A DNA stretch of 64,000 nucleotides, taken from sequence record PZ242158.1; one strand, 5' to 3'. This stretch comes from a phage. Each line of letters opens with the position of its first letter. The first letter of the stretch is position 1. A program made the translations under genes and the position numbers. Positions 37,368 to 46,065 of this stretch are shown piece by piece. Under the pieces are notes generated by a model, which was not told the origin of the DNA, searched no databases, and saw only the letters and a program-made list of their open reading frames with translations.

Positions 37368-37651
37368 TTTCTAGTCCCCTTCTTAGATTTTTGTGTAGAA
37401 ACGCTTTCTGCAATACGAGACAGACGTTCTTCTGAAGCCTTACCTACTCCAGGTTTTTTGAGTGGATTATCTTTATGACCACAATCCAACTGGATATTGG
37501 ATACCTCTCCAACTTTGTAAGTCAATTCTAGCAAAAGGTTGTCGTCCTTGTCAAATGTTTTTACGATAAATTTTTTATCGTTCTCCTGAACTTCATATCT
37601 GGTACCTGCAGTATACAGCATGGTGCCATCAGCATAGGATATCCAGATCAT
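37364..37651 (-). CDS. hypothetical protein
   Basis: Coupled ORF. Confidence 0.5.
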   Translation of the reverse strand: MIWISYADGTMLYTAGTRYEVQENDKKFIVKTFDKDDNLLLELTYKVGEVSNIQLDCGHKDNPLKKPGVGKASEERLSRIAESVSTQKSKKGTRK

Positions 37652-37995
37652 TGAGCCTCCTTTTGCTGCAACAGCATTAACTCTTTGTTAGAGATCTTTA
37701 CTGCTGTTTTTATTGTTCCATCTTCACGAAACCACGACCAGAACTCTACAGTGTCACCACTATCAAGTAAAGCATGCCCATGGTAAAAATCTTTGTCCTT
37801 AGACAGTTTCTCATCTATATCTGCATCAACACATTCGTGATCCATAGCATTTTGCCTGAACGCATCGGTTATGCCAATGCACGCCTTGCTCTCAAGACTG
37901 GTATATCCGATATCTTTTAATTCAGTTTCCCAAGTCCAGTACCCTATAAAAGCTAAAACAGCTACCCACAGTAATAACGTTTTAATCTTTGGCAT
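37648..37995 (-). CDS. secreted or membrane-anchored protein
   Basis: Signal-anchor-like MPKIKTLLLWVAVLAFIGYWTW. Confidence 0.5.
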   Translation of the reverse strand: MPKIKTLLLWVAVLAFIGYWTWETELKDIGYTSLESKACIGITDAFRQNAMDHECVDADIDEKLSKDKDFYHGHALLDSGDTVEFWSWFREDGTIKTAVKISNKELMLLQQKEAQ

Positions 37996-38057
37996 TCTCT
38001 CTACCTCTTTCTTAGTTTATTTCACTATGGCACATCCTTTGTGCCATATCTCAACTA

Positions 38058-38528
38058 CTACTTAAATAGTAGTTCAAAATAGTGCAAAATTAACAGAAGT
38101 TGAACTACACCTAGTGCAACGGCGAGTATGTTAATCTTAGAATCGAAAAACTTCTTAACTTTTACTCTAAAAGGTTCCTTAATGTCCTTTACGATCCTAT
38201 CTATAGATGACCTCATATCTCTGATTACCATCCTGAACATTAAAGACGGATGCTCCCCCATCTCTGTAACGGAATCGAAAACATACTCTCTTCGGTCATA
38301 AGGGCCGCCAGCTCTGCGTATTAACCTCTCCACAGAGACCTCGAACGTCACACCTGTAACGTAATCATCTATAACAAGTCGTGACGGGTCTTTACCTTTA
38401 CTATCAAGAGGTATCAAAGTTATCTTTCCAGATTTTGTTAAAATTTCCCCTTTTTCAAGCAAGGTGTACCAATGCTCTCTGCCAAGACTGTTGAGGCACG
38501 TTTTTACATATTTAACAAACATCGTCAC
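38058..38528 (-). CDS. membrane-anchored protein
   Basis: C-terminal hydrophobic helix LAVALGVVQLLLILHYF. Confidence 0.5.
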   Translation of the reverse strand: MTMFVKYVKTCLNSLGREHWYTLLEKGEILTKSGKITLIPLDSKGKDPSRLVIDDYVTGVTFEVSVERLIRRAGGPYDRREYVFDSVTEMGEHPSLMFRMVIRDMRSSIDRIVKDIKEPFRVKVKKFFDSKINILAVALGVVQLLLILHYFELLFK

Positions 38529-38728
38529 CCCTCACCGCACGTCTGATATAACCACTCTATAAAATCTTGATACCATTCGCCCTCTGAGCGCTCCGTAGGC
38601 CAATAATCTTCACCCTCTCGTGCATTAAAATCTGAGTATTCAACTTTCCACTCCTTTACCAGCTCGTGGAGAAGGTTTTCAGCCTGCTCTAAAGATTTAT
38701 TTTTTACCATTGCTGTCTCCTTTTTCAA
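38525..38728 (-). CDS. hypothetical protein
   Basis: TTG start in track; internal ATG with AAGGAG RBS also possible. Confidence 0.45.
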   Translation of the reverse strand: MKKETAMVKNKSLEQAENLLHELVKEWKVEYSDFNAREGEDYWPTERSEGEWYQDFIEWLYQTCGEG

Positions 38729-38929
38729 GATAGTTATACATCAGAACTGCACCACCTAAGATGGCTACCAGTAACAATATCCCAGATAGCATCTCAATAA
38801 ACATGGCTTGAAACACTGGAAGGTCTCCCTAAATTAACGCACCATTTTAAATACATGCTCTTTTCCCATAAAGGTGCCTGGCTAAGATCTGCGTAGAACG
38901 CAATCTCTTTAAGAACAGTATAGATAGTT

Positions 38930-39157
38930 TTAGGTGCGGTCTCCATCCCTACTCTCCTTCCTGATATTCTTGTAGTAATCAACTAGGCACATTATTACGA
39001 TGAAGATAACAACAGGCCAAAAAGGTGCAGCAGTGATGATGGTGATAAAATCATCAAACTTCACCCTTCGTCTGGACACGATGCATACACCTGTCAAGAA
39101 TACCGCTGTTATAACGGACATTACCAGGTAACCTATTAGCACAACATTTATACTCAT
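38930..39157 (-). CDS. membrane protein
   Basis: Two hydrophobic helices. Confidence 0.45.
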   Translation of the reverse strand: MSINVVLIGYLVMSVITAVFLTGVCIVSRRRVKFDDFITIITAAPFWPVVIFIVIMCLVDYYKNIRKESRDGDRT

Positions 39158-39187
39158 TGGTCCTCCCTTTGTAGGTTAAATTGTATA

Positions 39188-39721
39188 CTACAAATGGTCG
39201 CTGAGGGTGTCAAGAAAATTATCCCGTTCTTTCTCAGAGTTTTCATGTGTGTAGCTGAAAAACATATCGAGAATAACCTTATTGATATATTCCAGCTCCT
39301 CTGTGTTCAGATGCTTAGCAGGATCTACAATGACATCCCAAATATCATACAGACCACACTCATGATACCCATAACGCCACTCAATTGTCAAGCTGAGCGG
39401 CAAATCTTTACCTTCACAAACAACCTTCCATCTACATATGTTGGTATCTGGTCGTACCTGTGCACGGTACACCTGCACAAAATCCAATTTGAATTTGAGG
39501 TACTCGTCATACAATTTAAGCACAAAGCTCTCGATTTGTGGAGACACTTTTGCAGCAAACTGTGCGTATTTGTACTTGCACTGAATGATCTTTCTGCGTT
39601 TTGCAGTTAAATTTTTTGCCGCCAGTTGTTCTTCAGTGTATCTCCACCTACGATCAACAAACGCAACAGGGTCTTTGTCCCCATAGAGGTCTTCCCAGTT
39701 AATCAGAAGCATACCTGTCAC
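39188..39721 (-). CDS. hypothetical protein
   Basis: 177-aa ORF; no domain. Confidence 0.55.
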   Translation of the reverse strand: MTGMLLINWEDLYGDKDPVAFVDRRWRYTEEQLAAKNLTAKRRKIIQCKYKYAQFAAKVSPQIESFVLKLYDEYLKFKLDFVQVYRAQVRPDTNICRWKVVCEGKDLPLSLTIEWRYGYHECGLYDIWDVIVDPAKHLNTEELEYINKVILDMFFSYTHENSEKERDNFLDTLSDHL

Positions 39722-39951
39722 TCCTCCACAACTTCAAGGCCTTTACCGCCTCGCTCTGGCAGATTACTTAAAGATAGGTAATACATATAATCAGGAGAGA
39801 TCCTGCCAGACTCTGCACCTGCAGCTAGTAAATCCTTCCCTTTAACCAGGACAACATTCTCGTTTGCAGATAGCCGTTTTGCTTCCACAATTTTACCAAC
39901 ACAGTCAACCAAGGAAGGGTACCCTAAATCTGTAAGAAATTTAACTTTCAT
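39718..39951 (-). CDS. small acidic protein, paralog family 1
   Basis: MKVKFLTDLGYP...VKGKDLLAAGAESG. Confidence 0.5.
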   Translation of the reverse strand: MKVKFLTDLGYPSLVDCVGKIVEAKRLSANENVVLVKGKDLLAAGAESGRISPDYMYYLSLSNLPERGGKGLEVVEE

Positions 39952-39988
39952 GCTACCTCCTACCTACCGTCCCTGGTAAGATAAATTA

Positions 39989-40387
39989 TTACTGAACAGA
40001 GCGCGGTGCTGGGAAGGATAACTCTTCTAAAGAGAAGATTTCATTTCCTACCACCCAAGTTGCTGGGTCATCTGGATCAACAGGTTGGATAATCATTACC
40101 TCATCCGCCTCGCACACACGTTTCCCACCCATAGTAGCGTCAGCCACTAACATACGCGGCTCTTCAGAAATGCACAGGTAGCCACCTCGGCCCACTGTTC
40201 CTTCCACGGGATCCTGCCCTTTGACCACAATGAATACCTTCTCTCCTGTGGAGATATTACTTTTCACACTAACAGTTTGACCAACTTTAGATGTACCGAT
40301 CTTGGTGGCTTCAAACATTAAATCCCGAATTACTGTTGCATAGTTGCCGGACACTTTCTTACCTTCTTTAGTAATCTCAATCTTCAT
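39989..40387 (-). CDS. hypothetical protein
   Basis: MKIEITKEG N-terminus; no domain. Confidence 0.5.
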   Translation of the reverse strand: MKIEITKEGKKVSGNYATVIRDLMFEATKIGTSKVGQTVSVKSNISTGEKVFIVVKGQDPVEGTVGRGGYLCISEEPRMLVADATMGGKRVCEADEVMIIQPVDPDDPATWVVGNEIFSLEELSFPAPRSVQ

Positions 40388-40659
40388 AATCTAGGCTCCT
40401 TAAATGAATCTATGTAATCAATTAAATCCCAAGCATCGCGATGGGCTGTCAGAGGGTATACTTCTCCGAGAGGGATCATAGCAATAAGTCTATCAAAAAC
40501 CCAGTCTGGACGCAACATTTTATGGTGATATTCCCACTCACCTTCCACAGATTTTTTCTGAGTGATCAGGATCTCTGTGTAGTGTTTCGCCTGTCTTGAG
40601 TAGATTGAAAATGACTTGTACATAAATGACCCCCTCTTGTTGAAAACAACAATACACAA
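40384..40659 (-). CDS. hypothetical protein
   Basis: Coupled ORF. Confidence 0.5.
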   Translation of the reverse strand: MCIVVFNKRGSFMYKSFSIYSRQAKHYTEILITQKKSVEGEWEYHHKMLRPDWVFDRLIAMIPLGEVYPLTAHRDAWDLIDYIDSFKEPRL

Positions 40660-40974
40660 CTACCAGGTTACTGTCAAGTAGGCAACCGTATTATTTTTCT
40701 CTGGGGAGATGCCAACAACATCTACCTGCAGACCTCCTGCCCTTAAATCTCCAACAATGTGCGGGAAGTAATCTGAGAGATGCGAGGGCAGATTTATCGA
40801 AAATCCGCACCCCAGAAAGCCTGCTAACGCTTTATTTTGTATCTCCCCTACAATCGCATCATAAATGGAGTTAAGCTCGTCAGGGAGCGTTACAGGGCGT
40901 TTTAGCGCTAGCTGGTGTAATTTGTCCTTAGCACTCATTTTCATTTCAGGTCTACCTCTGGGGGTGCCAACCAC
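40660..40974 (-). CDS. hypothetical protein
   Basis: ORF in array. Confidence 0.5.
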   Translation of the reverse strand: MVGTPRGRPEMKMSAKDKLHQLALKRPVTLPDELNSIYDAIVGEIQNKALAGFLGCGFSINLPSHLSDYFPHIVGDLRAGGLQVDVVGISPEKNNTVAYLTVTW

Positions 40975-41474
40975 ATAAACGGCGGCAAGTCTAAACGGTT
41001 TTTCTTATCCCACACAAAATATGCATATGCTTGCCCGTCAGTTCTGCCGTTTGATTGAAATGATGGACGCTTAGATATTGTGATCACAGTAGTAGGTGCA
41101 TTATCAAGCCACCATTCAAATCTGGCTTTGCTTTCCAGAAAATTAAGACGCAAAAGCATAATAACTACGTCAGCATCTTTCAACGCCTTGTCTACAAACT
41201 CACGAGCCAGGCTGTATGGTGGGTTGGTGATAATACAGTCAACATGGTTGTATTCTGTATTCAGATAGTCAACACCTTCTTGTATTTCTCCCCATGCAGA
41301 TCCTAACGGCATACGGGAGTAGAACACACCTGAGGCACTATTCCTGCAAGGCTCTAAGTAGGTCCAGTCTTCTGGGAACGGAATAAGGTCATACAGCCCT
41401 TCTGCACACCACTCCGGTGTCACATACTCATCGTAGGCGTTACGTTGTTCATCAGGTTTTCTAGCACAAGTCAT
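40941..41474 (-). CDS. putative N6-adenine methyltransferase (short, gamma-class-like)
   Basis: YVTPEW (motif X-like), LEPCRNSASGVF (motif I-like), CIITNPPYS (motif IV NPPY); only 177 aa. Confidence 0.55.
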   Translation of the reverse strand: MTCARKPDEQRNAYDEYVTPEWCAEGLYDLIPFPEDWTYLEPCRNSASGVFYSRMPLGSAWGEIQEGVDYLNTEYNHVDCIITNPPYSLAREFVDKALKDADVVIMLLRLNFLESKARFEWWLDNAPTTVITISKRPSFQSNGRTDGQAYAYFVWDKKNRLDLPPFMWLAPPEVDLK

Positions 41475-41490
41475 GCAAATCTCCAGATCA

Positions 41491-41513
41491 TAAAAGCCCT
41501 CCGAAGAGGGCTT
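41491..41513 (-). terminator. intergenic hairpin, putative terminator
   Basis: AAGCCCTC-TTCG-GAGGGCTT hairpin downstream of the ClpP-like stop. Confidence 0.45.
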
Positions 41514-41525
41514 TAGAATTAATGT

Positions 41526-42575
41526 TTAAGCTTCTTCGACAATTCCTGCACCCAGGATTTTTTCATTGAGCTCTTTTGCTGTTTTAATAATATTGTCCAC
41601 AAGACGCTTGCGAGTCTTATCTTTCACCTTAACCTCTTCACCGCCGTTCAGAGTAGTCTTCAATTGAGACAGAATATCCTGAAGTTCAACGACAGAGAAT
41701 CTCTGCAGATCTTCTGAAGTAATCTCACCCAGGGCAATTCGGACGGTCTCGCCACTTTCCATCTGCAGATTCAGGAACACAGTGTGAACATCACCTTTCG
41801 AACCACCCGCTTTTGCAGATTCAACAGCATGAACTAACTCATCTAAAGATGTGCACTGATGAATCTCCGGAAGACCTGCTTCACCTAACACGCCTTCTTC
41901 ATCACCTTTTGCCAGAAGCTTTTTCGGTTTTTGTCCGTTCTGGATGCGTTGTATGTTGCCTTCATCCAGAATAATAGCTCCAGTGCGTGCTGCCAACTCT
42001 TCTCCGTCCAACCACACTTCGCCACCAGCTGTGATGGATGCGATCTCATCTTCTGTCAGCACCCCACCGTAGTATTTTTCGATCAGGTGTTCAAAACGTT
42101 TTTTCCAGTAGCTGACCTGAGTATTCATGTTAACACCGTTACCATAAGTGCCACCTTGATAGTAGTGGAACATAAATTCTGTGTCCGGAGCCACAGTGCG
42201 TTCTTTGCAACCAAGCCATAAGATTGTTCCAGCAGAGCAGCACATCCCTTCAGCATGTGCAACAACGCTTGCCTGAGACTCGCGGAATGCCTGCAGATAG
42301 GCCATTGCAATGTGCACGCAACCACCAGGGCTATTGATGATCACACGTATGCTTTCTTCCGGCTGAGCCATACGGATCGTCTGCAGACGAGACATATGAT
42401 CCTGCAGGTCCTCCAAATCGTCGATATAAAGAACGTGGTCAACAACAGGTGTTGGGTAGCTGTATGTTTCCATGATACCGCCCGGCATACCAAACATTTT
42501 ATTACTCATAGGTTCGAAACCGTTCTGTTTTTCTTTCATGCCGTGTACCATGGTGCTGCGAGGTGTTAAATTCAT
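41526..42575 (-). CDS. ClpP-like serine peptidase (S14 family) with C-terminal extension
   Basis: IINSPGGCVHIAMAYLQAF...VAHAEGMCCSAGTILWL...FMFHYYQG matches the ClpP fold with Ser and His positions; ~130-aa charged C-terminal extension. Confidence 0.7.
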   Translation of the reverse strand: MNLTPRSTMVHGMKEKQNGFEPMSNKMFGMPGGIMETYSYPTPVVDHVLYIDDLEDLQDHMSRLQTIRMAQPEESIRVIINSPGGCVHIAMAYLQAFRESQASVVAHAEGMCCSAGTILWLGCKERTVAPDTEFMFHYYQGGTYGNGVNMNTQVSYWKKRFEHLIEKYYGGVLTEDEIASITAGGEVWLDGEELAARTGAIILDEGNIQRIQNGQKPKKLLAKGDEEGVLGEAGLPEIHQCTSLDELVHAVESAKAGGSKGDVHTVFLNLQMESGETVRIALGEITSEDLQRFSVVELQDILSQLKTTLNGGEEVKVKDKTRKRLVDNIIKTAKELNEKILGAGIVEEA

Positions 42576-42635
42576 GAGAAATCCTTAATATTGGAAGTTG
42601 AAAGCTATTTATTTAAACCTGATTCACATTTACCT

Positions 42636-42947
42636 TTATTTAGCAATCACTATGGAGTACTTACGATTGTCAGAAGCATCACAACTCAGTGATTGCCAAT
42701 CTACCACATACCACGTATCATTGTCAACAATTACTTTATCGCCTGTTCTGTAGCAAGTGCTGCTTTCAATAATTCGAGACTCGATAAAGAATCTGTGTCG
42801 GCGCTCACGTAGCAACGCTAAGTTGATTATATTACCACCGCTGTCCTTGGTCCACACATTCTTGGATCCTTTATTTGCCAAAATTGTCTCACCGTTATAG
42901 ACAAATAGGCAGTATATTTTATTCAGTTTCTCTTGTATTGTAGCCAT
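42636..42947 (-). CDS. hypothetical protein
   Basis: Internal Met after AGAAGGA RBS (track ORF extends to 43070 and would overlap phoH). Confidence 0.5.
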   Translation of the reverse strand: MATIQEKLNKIYCLFVYNGETILANKGSKNVWTKDSGGNIINLALLRERRHRFFIESRIIESSTCYRTGDKVIVDNDTWYVVDWQSLSCDASDNRKYSIVIAK

Positions 42948-42975
42948 ACTGTCCTTCTCTTTGTTTTGTCCGATA

Positions 42976-43004
42976 ATAATATCTAAAGCTTGCCTATTTG
43001 TCAA
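42976..43004 (-). promoter_or_regulatory. sigma70-like promoter (minus strand)
   Basis: On the minus strand: TTGACA, 17 bp, TATTAT. Confidence 0.5.
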
Positions 43005-43048
43005 CAACTGTTTTAGATATTTAAGGGTGGAATAACCACCCTTCTGTA

Positions 43049-43837
43049 TTACTCGGAAACAGGGGTCCAAATATGATTTGCACGATCCTCAATAAGATTG
43101 AGTGCGATTTGACGACCCAACCCGGAACGAACGACATCGTCTGGACTATCAAAGCTGATCATTCCAACCTCAGGATCTGGATGACGAGTAAAGAAATCTG
43201 TCACCCATGCAAGGCCAGATTTACCAGGGATGTCACGTTGGCTATTATCACCCATAATTACAAGGGTGGCTTGATCAGAGATCCTTGTGATAATTGACAA
43301 CATTTCTTCAGGGTTAGTTTGCTGTGCCTCGTCAATCAGGACAAAGCATCGCTCATCGAAACTACGACCACGAATGCTTTCAACTTCACAAATCTCGATA
43401 CGACTGTTCTGACCGTCTCCCAGCATTGCGGCAAAAGCACCTTTGCCAACACGACGACAAATCGTGTCCATCATGCTTCGAAGATAGGGCCACAGTTTCT
43501 GCATTGCATTTCCGGGTTTAAATCCTGAAGTCTTTCCTGTCTGGACGTAAGGACGTGCAACAATGATCTTATCAATCTCGTTCTTACGCAGAAGATCACC
43601 TGCATATGCAGATGCCATAAATGTCTTACCGGATCCAAACACGCCGTTTACAATAATAATCTTACGTGACCCTAGATAATCAAGATACTTTTGCTGCTTC
43701 TTATTCATTGGTCGGAGAGCTGGAGCGGTGTGCTCTCTTTCGTCAGCAAATTTCTCAGCAGCCTTACGCAGGCGATCAGATTTGCGAGCCTCTCTAGCTT
43801 CATCACGCATGCGTTTTGTTTCTTTAGCTCGACCCAT
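43049..43837 (-). CDS. phoH: PhoH-like ATPase
   Basis: Walker A GVFGSGKTF and PhoH-family similarity through the core. Confidence 0.85.
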   Translation of the reverse strand: MGRAKETKRMRDEAREARKSDRLRKAAEKFADEREHTAPALRPMNKKQQKYLDYLGSRKIIIVNGVFGSGKTFMASAYAGDLLRKNEIDKIIVARPYVQTGKTSGFKPGNAMQKLWPYLRSMMDTICRRVGKGAFAAMLGDGQNSRIEICEVESIRGRSFDERCFVLIDEAQQTNPEEMLSIITRISDQATLVIMGDNSQRDIPGKSGLAWVTDFFTRHPDPEVGMISFDSPDDVVRSGLGRQIALNLIEDRANHIWTPVSE

Positions 43838-43875
43838 GTTGGGACTCCTTTCAGATTGAGATGTGCCAAGTACTT

Positions 43876-44226
43876 TTACTGCAACAGTTTTTCAATAGCC
43901 GCTTCCATGCTGCTTGCAACAGCCTGAACTCGGATATTCATCTCTTCTTGGTGGATCAGCTCCTTAAGCTCTTTAATGGTAAATTCTTTAGAGAAACCTT
44001 CCACCATAATCTTGTGCAAGGCTTCTTGCGTGTCTACTTGCAAGAACTTTTCCAGTTTGTTGGCAGAGGCTTCTAAATCAGCCCGAATACGAGGGTCATC
44101 TGTGCGATTCAGCATTAGGCGTAAGCCATCAAGATTAGTAGAAATAGCATCTGCATGTTGAGTAACTAACCGTGGCAAAATGAGGTCTACAAACTTATTA
44201 GCCAAATCGATACGTTCTTGTGTCAC
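43876..44226 (-). CDS. hypothetical protein
   Basis: GTG start overlapping upstream stop (GTGA). Confidence 0.5.
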   Translation of the reverse strand: MTQERIDLANKFVDLILPRLVTQHADAISTNLDGLRLMLNRTDDPRIRADLEASANKLEKFLQVDTQEALHKIMVEGFSKEFTIKELKELIHQEEMNIRVQAVASSMEAAIEKLLQ

Positions 44227-44336
44227 TGTTGCACCCCCTCTTCATCTTCATGATGTTTCTTTTCACGCTTGTGTTTTTTCTTAAGCTCAAGCGCAATCTC
44301 TTTCTTGTACGCCTTCTTCAAGGCTTTTTTAGCCAT
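44223..44336 (-). CDS. small basic protein (37 aa)
   Basis: GGAGGTG RBS; MAKKALKKAYKKEIALELKKKHKREKKHHEDEEGVQQ. Confidence 0.45.
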   Translation of the reverse strand: MAKKALKKAYKKEIALELKKKHKREKKHHEDEEGVQQ

Positions 44337-44367
44337 TTGGCACCTCCTCTGCTTTCATTTTACGATA

Positions 44368-44397
44368 ATTATACCTATCTAAACAAAGCTTTGTCAA
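44368..44397 (-). promoter_or_regulatory. sigma70-like promoter (minus strand)
   Basis: On the minus strand: TTGACA, 18 bp, TATAAT. Confidence 0.5.
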
Positions 44398-44400
44398 CAA

Positions 44401-44874
44401 CTAGTCTACCTGAACCCAACCGCCTGATACTTTTTTAAACATTCTTTGGTTATCACTGCCTCGGAACGGTTTCTTGGTTGGTAAATCTTTTACATACTTA
44501 CCGTCAATGATGATATCAGCCAGTTTAAGAACATCACTAGAGATATGGTCAAATGTGAACCCAGTATATACAAGAATAGTTTTCTTGTCACCAAATTTTT
44601 CCTTAATTTTCTCCATCAGGCTAATAATACCTGGCTCATTATAGTATGCTAAGGGTTCTCCACCCAGCAGAGAGATACCGCACACAGACGGGTTATCCAG
44701 ATCTGACAAGATTTTTTGCAAATCTTCTTCAGTGAACTCCCTCCCCTTATCTTTTGACCAAAATGCCTGATTAAAGCAACCAGGGCAAGCGTGTGGGCAC
44801 CCAGATACCCACAAGGCAGTTCTAATACCTGGCCCTTCTGTGTAAGATACTTCTGTGTATCCGACAATGTTCAT
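44401..44874 (-). CDS. nrdG: anaerobic ribonucleotide reductase activating protein (radical SAM)
   Basis: GCPHACPGC radical-SAM cysteine cluster near the N-terminus; size and position next to nrdD. Confidence 0.85.
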   Translation of the reverse strand: MNIVGYTEVSYTEGPGIRTALWVSGCPHACPGCFNQAFWSKDKGREFTEEDLQKILSDLDNPSVCGISLLGGEPLAYYNEPGIISLMEKIKEKFGDKKTILVYTGFTFDHISSDVLKLADIIIDGKYVKDLPTKKPFRGSDNQRMFKKVSGGWVQVD

Positions 44875-44987
44875 AGATACTCCGTATCACATTCAGGGCA
44901 ATGCCAAATAAAATCGTCCAGTGCCTTGCACCAACGAAGATTGCAACGACAACCACACTTGCAAATTTTATAAATGCCTGATGACAT
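44871..44987 (-). CDS. small Cys-rich zinc-ribbon-like protein (38 aa)
   Basis: AAGGAGGTG RBS; 8 Cys (CKCGCRC...CPEC); stop overlaps nrdG start (ATGA). Confidence 0.45.
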   Translation of the reverse strand: MSSGIYKICKCGCRCNLRWCKALDDFIWHCPECDTEYL

Positions 44988-45035
44988 GCTGCACCTCCTT
45001 TAGTTTATAACATGTTTAAAGGTTGATATATGGCT

Positions 45036-46028
45036 CTACAGGTTATTACCTGTCCTATGTTTACAACAAATCTCTCTATGCGCTGATTCTACCATACTGA
45101 ACACTTCAGGTCTGTAGTTAAAGAATTCGGTACTACCATCAAATTTTACAGGGAAGTTTATTTTATATTTACTGAAGGCTTTGTGCATAGATTTTTCTAC
45201 AGCCAGCATGTTTTCAGTTGATCCTTCCAACGTTTTCACTATGTGAAGATCGCGGATACCAGCTCCAGATCTTTGTGCACTTTTAAGTATCTGGTCTCTT
45301 CGCTTACTTTCATTATGACTGACCCCTATTTTCATAAATGTAGGTACTTCTGGATCATCAACCATAATGTAGAGTTTTCCGTTATCGTGTGATAAAAATC
45401 CTGTTTTAGCGCATCTAGGGCAAGCATGTCCCTGCTTAAGACTGCTTGGTACGGTTAACCATGTGTGGCTACAACCTTTACAGCAGCACAGGACTTTCTT
45501 ATCCCACCCAATAATTTCTTCCAATATCTCAACATAAGGATTTCTACTTCTTATGGACTCAACCCACTTTTCGTGTGGTGATGTTTTACTTTGTGAGATT
45601 CTTGACCCCTTGCAAACTGGACAACCTCTTTTCAAATTTATATGGTTATCAGGTGTCTGTGTAAAGTGATTTCCACAAGTGTTGCAGATTATTTCTACCC
45701 TGTCTTTGCAAGTCTTGTAGTATACGAGAGAGTAGTCATATTTATCTCCATGGATTTCTTTGGCCCTTTCTACAAATTTAAGACCTTTATTACACTTTGC
45801 AGCACGAGAAAGTTTTGCACAAAAAGGACAACCACGACCTTGCAAGTGTTTACAAGGTGCTTGCATAAAATCCCCATGGATTTGGCAGGTAATGCAAACC
45901 TTCGCATAGCAATCCACGTACACTGTTTTCGTGTAATCGTATTTATAACCGTGAATGATTTTCGCCTTCTCTATAAACTCTTCTGTTGATAATTTAGCCA
46001 TTTCTTGTTTCCTAACTTCCCTAAACAT
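45036..46028 (-). CDS. homing-endonuclease-like protein (repeated zinc-binding modules plus T5orf172/GIY-YIG-like C-terminal domain)
   Basis: Three repeats of HG-KYDYS...C..C...G.F...P..H...GCP.C; C-terminal GKLYIM...KIGVS block. Confidence 0.5.
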   Translation of the reverse strand: MFREVRKQEMAKLSTEEFIEKAKIIHGYKYDYTKTVYVDCYAKVCITCQIHGDFMQAPCKHLQGRGCPFCAKLSRAAKCNKGLKFVERAKEIHGDKYDYSLVYYKTCKDRVEIICNTCGNHFTQTPDNHINLKRGCPVCKGSRISQSKTSPHEKWVESIRSRNPYVEILEEIIGWDKKVLCCCKGCSHTWLTVPSSLKQGHACPRCAKTGFLSHDNGKLYIMVDDPEVPTFMKIGVSHNESKRRDQILKSAQRSGAGIRDLHIVKTLEGSTENMLAVEKSMHKAFSKYKINFPVKFDGSTEFFNYRPEVFSMVESAHREICCKHRTGNNL

Positions 46029-46065
46029 CTGTATAGTGCCACATCCTTGTGGCTTTTGTCAAGTA

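Noticed and set aside
38697-38982. Possible 35-aa hydrophobic micro-ORF (~38697..38804) and track ORF 38794..38982
   Set aside because: No convincing RBS, and they overlap each other and the start of 38525..38728 in different frames; left uncalled.
41526-42575. Calling the ClpP-like gene a prohead maturation protease
   Set aside because: No portal, scaffold or capsid genes adjacent in this window; left as a generic ClpP-like peptidase.
41931-43927. Plus-strand ORFs overlapping the ClpP-like and PhoH genes (41931..42221, 42255..42569, 43073..43297, 43319..43528)
   Set aside because: Antisense to genes with clear domain signatures; compositionally odd translations.
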